Source: Alphaproteobacteria bacterium (GTDB lineage Bacteria; Pseudomonadota; Alphaproteobacteria; SMXQ01). Taken from it: 44,720 bases of DNA. Position numbers and translations under genes: made by a program. The stretch is taken from NCBI GenBank assembly GCA_027292975.1, contig JAPUGG010000077.1, positions 1 to 44,720 on the forward strand, given 5' to 3'. Each line of letters begins with the position of its first letter. The first letter of the stretch is position 1. The notes under the pieces were generated by a model. That model worked only from the letters and a program-made list of their open reading frames with translations. It was not told the DNA's origin and ran no database searches. Shown here piece after piece: positions 17,100 to 25,104 of this stretch.

Positions 17100-17131
17100 A
17101 TGCTGCCATTTGACCGGATAGTGCTCTAGGG
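17100..17131 (+). repeat. Diverged repeat copy f (ATGCTGCCATTTGACCGGATAGTGCTCTAGGG) just upstream of the SDR gene
   Basis: It is collinear with copies b and c at the same length and retains ATG...TAG as a 9-codon ORF (MLPFDRIVL). TAG is followed 9 nt later by the SDR ATG. Confidence 0.55.
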
Positions 17132-17138
17132 TCTGCCG

Positions 17139-17951
17139 ATGGACGGCAATGGGCCAAGAAAAATCCTGATCACCGGAGGATCGTCAGGCATCGGCGCCGC
17201 GTTGGCGCGCGCCTATGCGGCCGACGGGGTGACCCTTTATCTCGGCGGGCGCGACCTAGAGCGGCTTGAAGCCGTCGCCGCCGATTGCCGCAACCGCGGC
17301 GCAGCGGTATTCGTGCGATGCCAGGACGTGACCGATCGCGTGGGCATGGCCGATTGGATCGCCAAGGCCGGGGCCCTGGACCTGGTCATCGCCAATGCCG
17401 GCATATCGGGGGGTACGGGGTGCATCACGGGCGGCGAGGACACCGTGCCCGGCGAGGACCCGGCCCAGGTGCGCGATATCATGGCGGTCAATATCGAAGG
17501 CGTGGTCAACACGGTGTTCCCGGCCCTGGATGGGATGCTGGACGGGGCCGCCCCCGCAAGCGGTGTCCGAGGCCAGATCGCCATCATGAGTTCCCTGGCG
17601 GGTTTCCGGGGGCTCCCCGGTGCACCTGCCTATGGCGCGAGCAAGGCGGCGGTGCGCTCTTGGGGCGAAGGGCTTCGCGGCCTCTTGGCCGGGCAGGGCG
17701 TCAAGGTTTCTGTGATCTGCCCCGGATTCGTCGAGAGCCCGATGACCGCGGCCAACCCGTATCACATGCCCTTCCTGACGGCAAGCGACCGCGCGGCGGA
17801 AATCATCAAGAAAGGTCTCGCACGGGACCGCGCCCGCATCGCCTTTCCCTGGCCCCTTGCCGCCTTGGTATGGCTGTTGGCGGCGCTGCCGCCCTCGTGG
17901 TTGGACCCTGTGGTCCGCCGCTTTCCCAAAAAACCGGCGGCACGGCGCTAG
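17139..17951 (+). CDS. SDR family oxidoreductase
   Basis: 270 aa with the Rossmann motif ILITGGSSGIGAALA, NAGI and catalytic YGASKAA. It is the only plus-strand gene between the minus-strand yicC and mltG. It is flanked by inverted TAGTGCTCTAG cores. Confidence 0.88.
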   Translation: MDGNGPRKILITGGSSGIGAALARAYAADGVTLYLGGRDLERLEAVAADCRNRGAAVFVRCQDVTDRVGMADWIAKAGALDLVIANAGISGGTGCITGGEDTVPGEDPAQVRDIMAVNIEGVVNTVFPALDGMLDGAAPASGVRGQIAIMSSLAGFRGLPGAPAYGASKAAVRSWGEGLRGLLAGQGVKVSVICPGFVESPMTAANPYHMPFLTASDRAAEIIKKGLARDRARIAFPWPLAALVWLLAALPPSWLDPVVRRFPKKPAARR

Positions 17952-17961
17952 AGCACTAGGG
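17945..17961 (-). repeat. Inverted repeat core copy g (GCGCTAGAGCACTAGGG) at the SDR/mltG convergent junction
   Basis: Its reverse complement shares TAGTGCTCTAG with copy f (17119-17129) and TGCTCTAGCGC with copy c (7500-7510). It contains the stop codons of both the SDR gene (TAG 17949-51) and mltG (17956-58). Confidence 0.5.
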
Positions 17962-18963
17962 AGCCGCCGGCGCGCGGCGGTTGCGGAGGAATCGGCGCCA
18001 GCGCCGGACGTTGCGATTGTGTTCCTCCAGGGTTCGCGCGAAGACGTGCCCGCCCTTTCCGTCGGCGACAAAATAGAGCGCCCTGGTCGGGGCCGGATGC
18101 AATACCGCGGCAATCGCCGCCCGGCCGGGATTGGCTATGGGGTGCGGCGGGAGCCCCTTGTTGAGGTAAGTATTATAGGCCCCGGGGGTGGCCAGGTCCG
18201 CACGGGTTAGGGGGCGGAGGAGGACCCGGTCGGGCGCGGCCTCCTTCAACGCCACGCCATAGGCGACCGTGGGATCCGATTGCAACGCCATGCCCCGCTT
18301 GATGCGGTTCAAAAAGACCGCCGCGATGATCGGCCGTTCCTCACCGCGCGCGGTTTCCCGTTCGACCATGGAGGCCAGGATGACCGCTTCGCGGGGAGAG
18401 CGGAGCGCCAGCCCCTTCGACCGCATGGGCCATGATCGCGATGTTTCCTCGGTCATCGCCTTTTCCATGCGGGTGATGAGTTGCGCCCGCTGGTCGCCGA
18501 AAGCATAGTGATAGGTATCGGGCATCAGCGTTCCTTCCCCCGGGGTTCCTTTGAGCCCGCCGCGAAGACCGTAGGCCCCTTGCAACAGCCTGAGGACCCG
18601 TGCCGTGGTTGCCCCCTCCGGAATGGTCAGTTTACGAACCACCGTCCGGCCGGCGATCAGCACCTCCATCACGCCGCGGGGGGAGATGGCGCCGGGGAAA
18701 TCGTATTCACCGGCACGCAACCGTCCCTGGTTGCCGGTAGCGCGCACCCCGATCATGAAAAGAAGGCTCGACGAAAGGACGCCATGCCGCTCGAGGAGCC
18801 TGCCGATAGGGGCGACGCCTTTTCCCTTGGGCACCACCACCCTGGCCGGACCACCGAGCGGCCCCAGCCGGTCGAAGGCGTTCTGAAGGGCCGCCAACCC
18901 CACCGAACCAAGGGCCGCCGCGACCAGCACGGCAAACCCCAGACGGCGCAACCACGGCCTCAC
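17956..18963 (-). CDS. mltG: Endolytic murein transglycosylase MltG (YceG-like)
   Basis: 335 aa with an N-terminal TM segment and the YceG motifs IPEG...EGTLMPDTYHY...LASMVERE. It has a GTG start 7 nt after the fabF stop. Confidence 0.92.
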   Translation of the reverse strand: MRPWLRRLGFAVLVAAALGSVGLAALQNAFDRLGPLGGPARVVVPKGKGVAPIGRLLERHGVLSSSLLFMIGVRATGNQGRLRAGEYDFPGAISPRGVMEVLIAGRTVVRKLTIPEGATTARVLRLLQGAYGLRGGLKGTPGEGTLMPDTYHYAFGDQRAQLITRMEKAMTEETSRSWPMRSKGLALRSPREAVILASMVERETARGEERPIIAAVFLNRIKRGMALQSDPTVAYGVALKEAAPDRVLLRPLTRADLATPGAYNTYLNKGLPPHPIANPGRAAIAAVLHPAPTRALYFVADGKGGHVFARTLEEHNRNVRRWRRFLRNRRAPAAP

Positions 18964-18970
18964 GGCGGTC

Positions 18971-20233
18971 TCAGGAAAAATGGCTGAAAATCAAGGAGGC
19001 GTTGGTCCCGCCGAAGCCAAAGGAATTCGAGAGCACGTTCTTGAGCCTTCGCTCCTTGGCGTCGAGAGGCACCAGATCGATGTCACAACCCTCTGAGGGG
19101 TTTTCAAGGTTCAGCGTCGGCGGGATCACCCCGTTATTAAGGGCGAGGATGGAAAAGGCCGCCTCGACGGCGCCCGCCGCCCCCAAAAGGTGGCCAATGG
19201 CCGATTTCGTCGACGACATGGACAATTTATAGGCGTGATCGCCGAACAACCGCTTGACCGCCTTCACTTCGACCTCGTCTCCAAGCTGGGTAGACGTGCC
19301 ATGGGCATTGATGTAGTCGATGTCCTCCACATCAAGCTCGGCGCGCTTGATTGCCGCCTCCATGGCCCGATACCCGCCATTGCCGTCCTGTGCCGGCGCG
19401 GTGATGTGGTGGGCGTCGCCGGAAAGGCCGTAACCGGTGACCTCGGCATAGATGGTGGCGTTTCGTTTTTTCGCGTGCGCCAGCTCTTCCAACACCACGA
19501 CGCCCGCCCCCTCACCCATGACGAACCCATCACGCTCCTTGTCCCAGGGGCGCGATGCCTTTTTCGGGGTGTCGTTGAAGTGGGTGGAAAGCGCCCGGGC
19601 CGCGGCAAAGCCGGCGATCCCAAGCCTGCAAACCGCAGCCTCCGTCCCCCCCGCCACCATCACATCGGCATCATCAATGGCGATGAACCGGGCCGCGTCG
19701 CCGATGGCATGGGCGCCGGTGGCGCATGCCGTCACCACCGAATGATTGGGGCCGCGGAACCCGTATTTGATGGAGACATGACCCGATACCAGGTTGATCA
19801 AGGCGGAGGGGATGAAGAACGGGCTGACCCTGCGCGCACCCCTCTCCTGCAGGGTGATCGATGTCTCGGCGATGGCCTGGAGTCCGCCGATGCCCGATCC
19901 GATGATGACACCGGTGCGGTTCTGGTCCTCCTCGGCCTCGGGCATCCAACCGGAATCCTCCACCGCCTGAATGGCGGCGACCAGCCCATAGACGATGAAC
20001 GGGTCCATCTTGCGCTGGTCTTTGGGCTCGATCCAGTCATCGACGTTGAATTCGCCGTTGCCGCCTTGGCCCACGGGGATTTCACCGGCAACCTGGCACG
20101 CCAAATCGGAAACATCGAACCCTTGGACCGCGCCGATCCCGGATTCACCGCTGATCAACCGCTCCCACGTGACATCGACCCCGGAGCCCAACGGGGTAAG
20201 CAGGCCCAGGCCGGTTACGACGACACGTCTCAT
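18971..20233 (-). CDS. fabF: Beta-ketoacyl-ACP synthase II
   Basis: 420 aa with the active-site block VVTACATGAHAIGDA, the HGTSTQLGD and GHLLGAAG motifs, and position downstream of acpP. Confidence 0.96.
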   Translation of the reverse strand: MRRVVVTGLGLLTPLGSGVDVTWERLISGESGIGAVQGFDVSDLACQVAGEIPVGQGGNGEFNVDDWIEPKDQRKMDPFIVYGLVAAIQAVEDSGWMPEAEEDQNRTGVIIGSGIGGLQAIAETSITLQERGARRVSPFFIPSALINLVSGHVSIKYGFRGPNHSVVTACATGAHAIGDAARFIAIDDADVMVAGGTEAAVCRLGIAGFAAARALSTHFNDTPKKASRPWDKERDGFVMGEGAGVVVLEELAHAKKRNATIYAEVTGYGLSGDAHHITAPAQDGNGGYRAMEAAIKRAELDVEDIDYINAHGTSTQLGDEVEVKAVKRLFGDHAYKLSMSSTKSAIGHLLGAAGAVEAAFSILALNNGVIPPTLNLENPSEGCDIDLVPLDAKERRLKNVLSNSFGFGGTNASLIFSHFS

Positions 20234-20296
20234 GGGGTTTTATGCTTTTGGCAAACCGTTCGGAGCGGCATCAAGGGCATGCCCCTAACCGGCGAG

Positions 20297-20530
20297 TCAC
20301 GAATTGGATTCGATATAGCTGATGGCGTCTTTCACCGTAAGTATCTTTTCGGCTGCGTCATCGGGTATCTCGCATCCGAATTCCTCTTCGAAGGCCATGA
20401 CGAGTTCGACGGTATCAAGGCTGTCGGCGCCAAGATCGTCGATAAAGCTTGCATTTTCCGTGACCTTTGAATCATCAACACCAAGGTGTTCGACGACAAT
20501 TTTGGTCACGCGTTCGGCAACATCGCTCAT
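20297..20530 (-). CDS. acpP: Acyl carrier protein
   Basis: 77 aa with the phosphopantetheine site [13 protein letters not shown]. Confidence 0.98.
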   Translation of the reverse strand: MSDVAERVTKIVVEHLGVDDSKVTENASFIDDLGADSLDTVELVMAFEEEFGCEIPDDAAEKILTVKDAISYIESNS

Positions 20531-20722
20531 TTCTTCATCTTTCCTCGGATTATGGTCCCGGGGGAGAGGCTCTCCCTCAGACAGGTTTCACAGGGTCTGT
20601 TCGCCGCCCCACCCTTCGACGTTTGCGCCGCTCGCCTCTGACGCGGAAGCGCTGAGAAACACGCCGCTTGGTAACACAATTTTTTAGCCTTGGCCACCCT
20701 TCCCGGGGGTCCGGCGCGCCGC

Positions 20723-21460
20723 TCAAATCATCATCATGCCGCCATTGACGTGAAGGGTTTGACCGGTGACGTAAGCCGCCTCTCCGCTCGCCAAATAGAC
20801 CGCGGCGGCGGCGATTTCAGAGGGTTCGCCGAACCGGCCGCCGGGAATAGTCGCGAGCAATCGCTCGCGCTGCGCCGCGTCGAGGACATCGGTCATGGCG
20901 GTGACGATGAACCCCGGTGCGATGCAATTGACCGTGACGCCGCGCCTTGCGACCTCGGCGGCGAGCGATTTGGTAAGCCCCGTGAGCCCCGCCTTGGACG
21001 CTGCATAATTGACCTGGCCGGGGTTGCCCATGGCGGCCACCACAGAGGTGATGGAAATAATGCGGCCCCAACGTGCCTTTATCATGCCCCGGATGACCGC
21101 CCGGCTGAGACGAAAGGCGGCCGTCAAATTGACGTCGATGACCGTCTGCCAATCCTCGTCCTTCATGCGCATGGTCAACCCGTCCCGGGCGAGGCCGGCG
21201 TTGTTGACCAGGACATCGATACCGCCAAGGGCTTCCTCGGCACCGGTAACAAGGCGTTCGGCGCCTCCTGCGGCGGCAAGGTCGGCCGGCACCAGATGGG
21301 CGCCGCTGCCGAGGTCGGCGGCCAGGCTTTCCAAGGCGTCGATTCGCGTGCCGGAGACCACCACCTCTGCGCCCGCCCCGTGAAAGGCGCGCGCGATGGC
21401 GCCGCCGATTCCTCCGCTGGCGCCGGTTACGAGCGCTTTCCTGCCGTCAAGACTGAACAT
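20723..21460 (-). CDS. fabG: 3-oxoacyl-ACP reductase
   Basis: The true start is MFSLDGRKALVTGASGGIGGAIA at ATG 21460. The ORF-track start 21640 runs into fabD. It has YAASKAG and sits between fabD and acpP. Confidence 0.95.
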   Translation of the reverse strand: MFSLDGRKALVTGASGGIGGAIARAFHGAGAEVVVSGTRIDALESLAADLGSGAHLVPADLAAAGGAERLVTGAEEALGGIDVLVNNAGLARDGLTMRMKDEDWQTVIDVNLTAAFRLSRAVIRGMIKARWGRIISITSVVAAMGNPGQVNYAASKAGLTGLTKSLAAEVARRGVTVNCIAPGFIVTAMTDVLDAAQRERLLATIPGGRFGEPSEIAAAAVYLASGEAAYVTGQTLHVNGGMMMI

Positions 21461-21483
21461 GTTTTTCTTCCCCGGCCATCGGT

Positions 21484-22416
21484 CTAGAGAAAGGCGTCGA
21501 TCTCTTTGGGACCCGACAGGGACAAGGCGTCCAACTCCTTGTCGATCCGGCGAGCAAGCCCACTCAAGACCTTGCCGGCGCCCACTTCCACTAATCTTTC
21601 CACACCCTGGTCGCGCATCCATAGAACCGATTCGCGCCACCGTACCATGCCCGTCACCTGAGTGATCAATGCCGCCCGGATCTCCTCGGGGGTGGCGATG
21701 GCTTTCGCCTCGACGTTGGCCACCACGGGCACCGGAGGCGGCGCGATCTTGACGGCGGCAAGCGCATCGGCCATGACATCCGCCGCGGGCGCCATCAGGG
21801 AACAGTGCGACGGAACCGTGACCGGTAACATAACCGCGCGCCGCGCGCCTTTCTCCTTGGCCAAGTCCGCCGCCCGCGAGACGGCGGCGGCATGGCCGCT
21901 GACCACGACCTGGCCCGGCGCGTTATCGTTGGCGGCGGTGCAGACGTCACCTTCGGCCGCGGTAGCGGCGATCTCGGCCACGGCCTCGAAATCAAGCCCC
22001 AGGATCGCCGCCATGGCGCCCACCCCTATCGGCGCGGCGTCCTGCATGGCGCGCCCGCGAATCCGTAACAAGGTCGCCGTCTCGGCCAGCGAAATCGACC
22101 CCACCGCCGCCAGGGCCGAGTATTCCCCAAGGGAATGACCGGCGACGAACTGCGCGTCAGCGGCAAGATCCAGTCCGCCCTCCCGCTCGAGCACCCTGAT
22201 GACCGCCATGGATACCGCCATCAGTGCGGGCTGGGCGTTTTCGGTCAAGGTCAGGTCTTGCTCCGGGCCTTCGAACATAAGCGCGCTCAGCTTTTGTTTG
22301 AGCGCCTCGTCGACCTCTTCGAAGATTTCGCGCGCCGGCGCGAAGGCCGCGGCCAGATCCTTGCCCATGCCCACGGCCTGCGACCCCTGGCCAGGAAATA
22401 CGAATGCCTGTTTCAA
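21484..22416 (-). CDS. fabD: Malonyl CoA-ACP transacylase
   Basis: 310 aa with a TTG start, KQAFVFPGQGSQ and the active site GHSLGEYSALA. Confidence 0.95.
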   Translation of the reverse strand: MKQAFVFPGQGSQAVGMGKDLAAAFAPAREIFEEVDEALKQKLSALMFEGPEQDLTLTENAQPALMAVSMAVIRVLEREGGLDLAADAQFVAGHSLGEYSALAAVGSISLAETATLLRIRGRAMQDAAPIGVGAMAAILGLDFEAVAEIAATAAEGDVCTAANDNAPGQVVVSGHAAAVSRAADLAKEKGARRAVMLPVTVPSHCSLMAPAADVMADALAAVKIAPPPVPVVANVEAKAIATPEEIRAALITQVTGMVRWRESVLWMRDQGVERLVEVGAGKVLSGLARRIDKELDALSLSGPKEIDAFL

Positions 22417-22515
22417 CGTCCCTGGCGCCCTTGACTTAGTTGGTTGCTCAAGGGCTGAGTGATAGCGCCCTGGCGCCCCCTGTCAAGGCTGCGGTGACCG
22501 TCCCTTCGATCGCCC

Positions 22516-22543
22516 TTGATCGCTTCGGCTAATTGTGTATATT
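22516..22543 (+). promoter_or_regulatory. Candidate promoter for rpsF-rpsR operon (TTGATC-N16-TATATT)
   Basis: Hexamers were read directly. This promoter would give a 5' leader of about 120 nt before rpsF. Confidence 0.3.
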
Positions 22544-22671
22544 TCGCCGCCTTGACATTCCTTGCCGGGCGCATTGGTGTACCGGCTAGGCACGGAATGC
22601 CGGGCCTCGGCCCCCGATGGGGTTGAAGGTGCGGACGCCGGGCCGGGAACAGCCATAGGGAGTGTTTGAAT

Positions 22672-23139
22672 ATGGCGCTTTATGAAAGCGTGTTCATCAC
22701 GCGCCAGGACATTTCATCGTCTCAGGCCGAAGCCCTGGTCGACAGTTTCGCCGAGATCATCGCCAATTCGGGCGGTTCGGTTGCAAAGAAAGAATACTGG
22801 GGCCTACGAAACCTCGCCTACCGGATCAAAAAGAACCGCAAAGGGCATTATGCCCTTCTCAACATCGATGCGCCGCCGGCGGCAATCACCGAGATGGAGC
22901 GCAACATGCGCCTCAACGAGGATGTGTTGCGCTTTATGACCGTGCGGGTCGACGAACTGGATGAGGGCCCGTCGCCTGTCCTGAGAAGCCGCGACGAGCG
23001 TGGCGGGCGCGGGGGACGCGGCCGCCGTGATGACGGTGACCGCCCCCGCCGCGACGCCGCCCCCGACAAAAAACAAGCAGCCGACCCCCCCGATGAGGGG
23101 AGCAAAGACAAGGCTCTTCAAGAGGGAGAACCCACATGA
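22672..23139 (+). CDS. rpsF: 30S ribosomal protein S6 (with long charged C-terminal tail)
   Basis: [13 protein letters not shown]... starts at ATG 22672, with AGGGAG 9 nt upstream. The ORF-track TTG 22666 is less likely. The stop overlaps the rpsR ATG (ATGA). Confidence 0.95.
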   Translation: MALYESVFITRQDISSSQAEALVDSFAEIIANSGGSVAKKEYWGLRNLAYRIKKNRKGHYALLNIDAPPAAITEMERNMRLNEDVLRFMTVRVDELDEGPSPVLRSRDERGGRGGRGRRDDGDRPRRDAAPDKKQAADPPDEGSKDKALQEGEPT

Positions 23140-23375
23140 GAACTCCCGGAGCACGCCGGCCGTTTTTCCGGCGCCGCAAGACATGTCCGTTTTCCGGCGC
23201 CAACGCGCCGAAGATCGATTACAAGGACGCACGCCTGCTGCAGCGTTTCATTTCCGAGCGCGGCAAGATCGTGCCGAGCCGCATTACGGCGGTTTCGACA
23301 AAAAAGCAGCGGGAACTCGCGAAGGCCATTAAGAGGGCGCGGCATATCGCGCTCCTGCCTTTCGTGGTGAGATAA
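23136..23375 (+). CDS. rpsR: 30S ribosomal protein S18
   Basis: 79 aa with [10 protein letters not shown]...[20 protein letters not shown]....KQR.LA.AIKRAR. Confidence 0.97.
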   Translation: MRTPGARRPFFRRRKTCPFSGANAPKIDYKDARLLQRFISERGKIVPSRITAVSTKKQRELAKAIKRARHIALLPFVVR

Positions 23376-23407
23376 GGGGCACGCCCCTTCCGGCCCGCCG
23401 ACACGGG

Positions 23408-23431
23408 CTAGAGCGCTTTAAAGCGCTCTAG
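23408..23431. promoter_or_regulatory. Perfect 24-bp palindrome CTAGAGCGCTTTAAAGCGCTCTAG (10-bp stem/4-nt loop hairpin) between rpsR and the membrane-protein gene
   Basis: Read directly: it is its own reverse complement. It is followed by GGTTTTAG and then ATG 23441. Each arm resembles the repeat-family core (GCGCTCTAGGG versus GTGCTCTAGGG in copy f). Confidence 0.7.
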
Positions 23432-23440
23432 GGTTTTAGA

Positions 23441-24388
23441 ATGCAGAGAAACGCCCTTATTTCGGTCGCTGCGGGACTCCTGAGCGCGGTCCTCTACCTG
23501 TCGACCAAGTGGAGCATCCTGGGTGCGCTGATTTTCGCGCTGATGTCCCCTTTGCCGCTATTCGCCGCGGGATTGGGGCTGGGATTGGCGGCGGGGGTTG
23601 TCGCCGCTCTCGCCGCGACGATCGCCGTCGCTTTGGTCGCCGATTTTACGGGCATGGTGATATTTGTCATCGCCTATGCGGTGCCCCCGCTGATCGTCGT
23701 GCGCTTTGCCCTTCTCAACCGGATGGCGGAGGACGGAACCACCTCGTGGTATCCGCCGGGCCTGCTGCTTGCTTGGATCGCCCTTTACGGAATTTTAGCG
23801 TTCATGGCAGCGGCCGTTTTCACCGGCACCGGCACCGGGGGCCTGCGGGCGGAAATCTCTGGTTACGTGGACACCATGCGCGGCTTGATCGTCGAGCAGG
23901 GGCAGAGCAGCACCAGCGTCGATCAGGTGTTCGCCACCGTCAAGCTGATCTTTCCCTTCATCGTCACGACCTGGTGGATGATCATCATGGTGGTCAATGG
24001 CGTCCTCGCCCAGAGGATGCTCGAGCGCCGTGGCTGGAACAAGCGTCCCGGGCCCGATCTAAGGACCACGGCCCTGCCGCTGTGGCCCGCGGGTGTAATA
24101 GTTGCCGCAACGGTGGCGGCCTTGCTAGGATCGGGATGGCTCGAATTTCTAGGGAGCAATATCGCACTTATACTGTGCGTTCCTTACTTTTTTGTGGGGC
24201 TCGCGGTATTGCACACGGTATCGGCCGCTTGGTCCAGCAAGAAGGCGATCCTGTTTGCTGCATATGTATTGTTGTTATTGTTCAGTTGGACCGCGGTGGT
24301 GGTGGCCGGAATCGGGGTTTTGGAGCATTGGACCGGCCTGAGAGATCGCTTTGGCGGCCCAAACCGTAGTCACGAAAGGAAAGAGTGA
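23441..24388 (+). CDS. Polytopic inner-membrane protein (DUF2232-like, recalled from alphaproteobacterial rpsR-rplI synteny)
   Basis: 315 aa with at least 7 hydrophobic segments. It sits between rpsR and rplI, as in many alphaproteobacteria. The stop overlaps the rplI start region. Confidence 0.75.
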   Translation: MQRNALISVAAGLLSAVLYLSTKWSILGALIFALMSPLPLFAAGLGLGLAAGVVAALAATIAVALVADFTGMVIFVIAYAVPPLIVVRFALLNRMAEDGTTSWYPPGLLLAWIALYGILAFMAAAVFTGTGTGGLRAEISGYVDTMRGLIVEQGQSSTSVDQVFATVKLIFPFIVTTWWMIIMVVNGVLAQRMLERRGWNKRPGPDLRTTALPLWPAGVIVAATVAALLGSGWLEFLGSNIALILCVPYFFVGLAVLHTVSAAWSSKKAILFAAYVLLLLFSWTAVVVAGIGVLEHWTGLRDRFGGPNRSHERKE

Positions 24389-25056
24389 TGGAAGTAATTT
24401 TGCTGGAGCGGATCGAAAAGCTTGGCCAATTGGGCGACGTGGTCAACGTCAAGCCCGGCTACGCCCGCAACTACCTATTGCCCCAGAGCAAAGCACTCAG
24501 GGCGACGCCGGAGAACCGAGAAAATTTTGAATCACGCCGCGCCGACCTGGAAGCCGCCAACGCCGAACGTCGGTCGGAAGCGGAAAAGGTGGCCGACGGC
24601 ATTGCCGGCAGGTCCATCATCCTGGTCCGCCAGGCGAGCGACGCCGGCCAGCTGTACGGATCGGTCCGCCCCGGTGATATCGCAACCGCGCTCAACCAAC
24701 AAGGCGGCGGTATCGACCGCACCCAGGTCAAACTCGACGCGCCCATCAAACTGATCGGCCTGCATATCGTGCGAATCGCCGTCCATCCCGAGGTGGTGGT
24801 GGAGATCACGGCTAATGTCGCGCGATCGGCGGAAGAAGCAGAGCTCCAGGCCCAGGGCAAGTCCCTGGTCGACGAACAGGCCGAGGAGACCACGGTCGGT
24901 TATGAGGAGATGATCGAAGACGAAGACTCTGAATCCGAGACCGAAGCCGAAGCCGAGGCCGATGGCGCGGTATCGACCGATGACGGTGACGAGGACGCGG
25001 CGGCAGACGACGAAGACCAACAAGCCGCCCCCGAAGAGGAGCCCCGGGCCTCATGA
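24388..25056 (+). CDS. rplI: 50S ribosomal protein L9 with acidic C-terminal extension
   Basis: MEVILLERIEKLGQLGDVVNVKPGYARNYLLP is the canonical L9 N-terminus. The start is ATG 24388 (GTG 24385 is also possible). About 70 extra D/E-rich residues lie at the C-terminus. Confidence 0.95.
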   Translation: MEVILLERIEKLGQLGDVVNVKPGYARNYLLPQSKALRATPENRENFESRRADLEAANAERRSEAEKVADGIAGRSIILVRQASDAGQLYGSVRPGDIATALNQQGGGIDRTQVKLDAPIKLIGLHIVRIAVHPEVVVEITANVARSAEEAELQAQGKSLVDEQAEETTVGYEEMIEDEDSESETEAEAEADGAVSTDDGDEDAAADDEDQQAAPEEEPRAS

Positions 25057-25104
25057 CCCCATGAGGCCATGGTCAGTGGCGGAGGCTAAGGACAGGCGGG
25101 ACAA

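Noticed and set aside
17044-17121. Short intergenic ORFs: MGNVAPIPPGTLREGDRIGCCHLTG at 17044-17121, and a 28-codon ORF in the acpP-fabG spacer starting at about 20552.
   Set aside because: They have no Shine-Dalgarno, no recognisable family resemblance and no internal evidence of selection. ORFs of this size arise by chance in 200-nt spacers.
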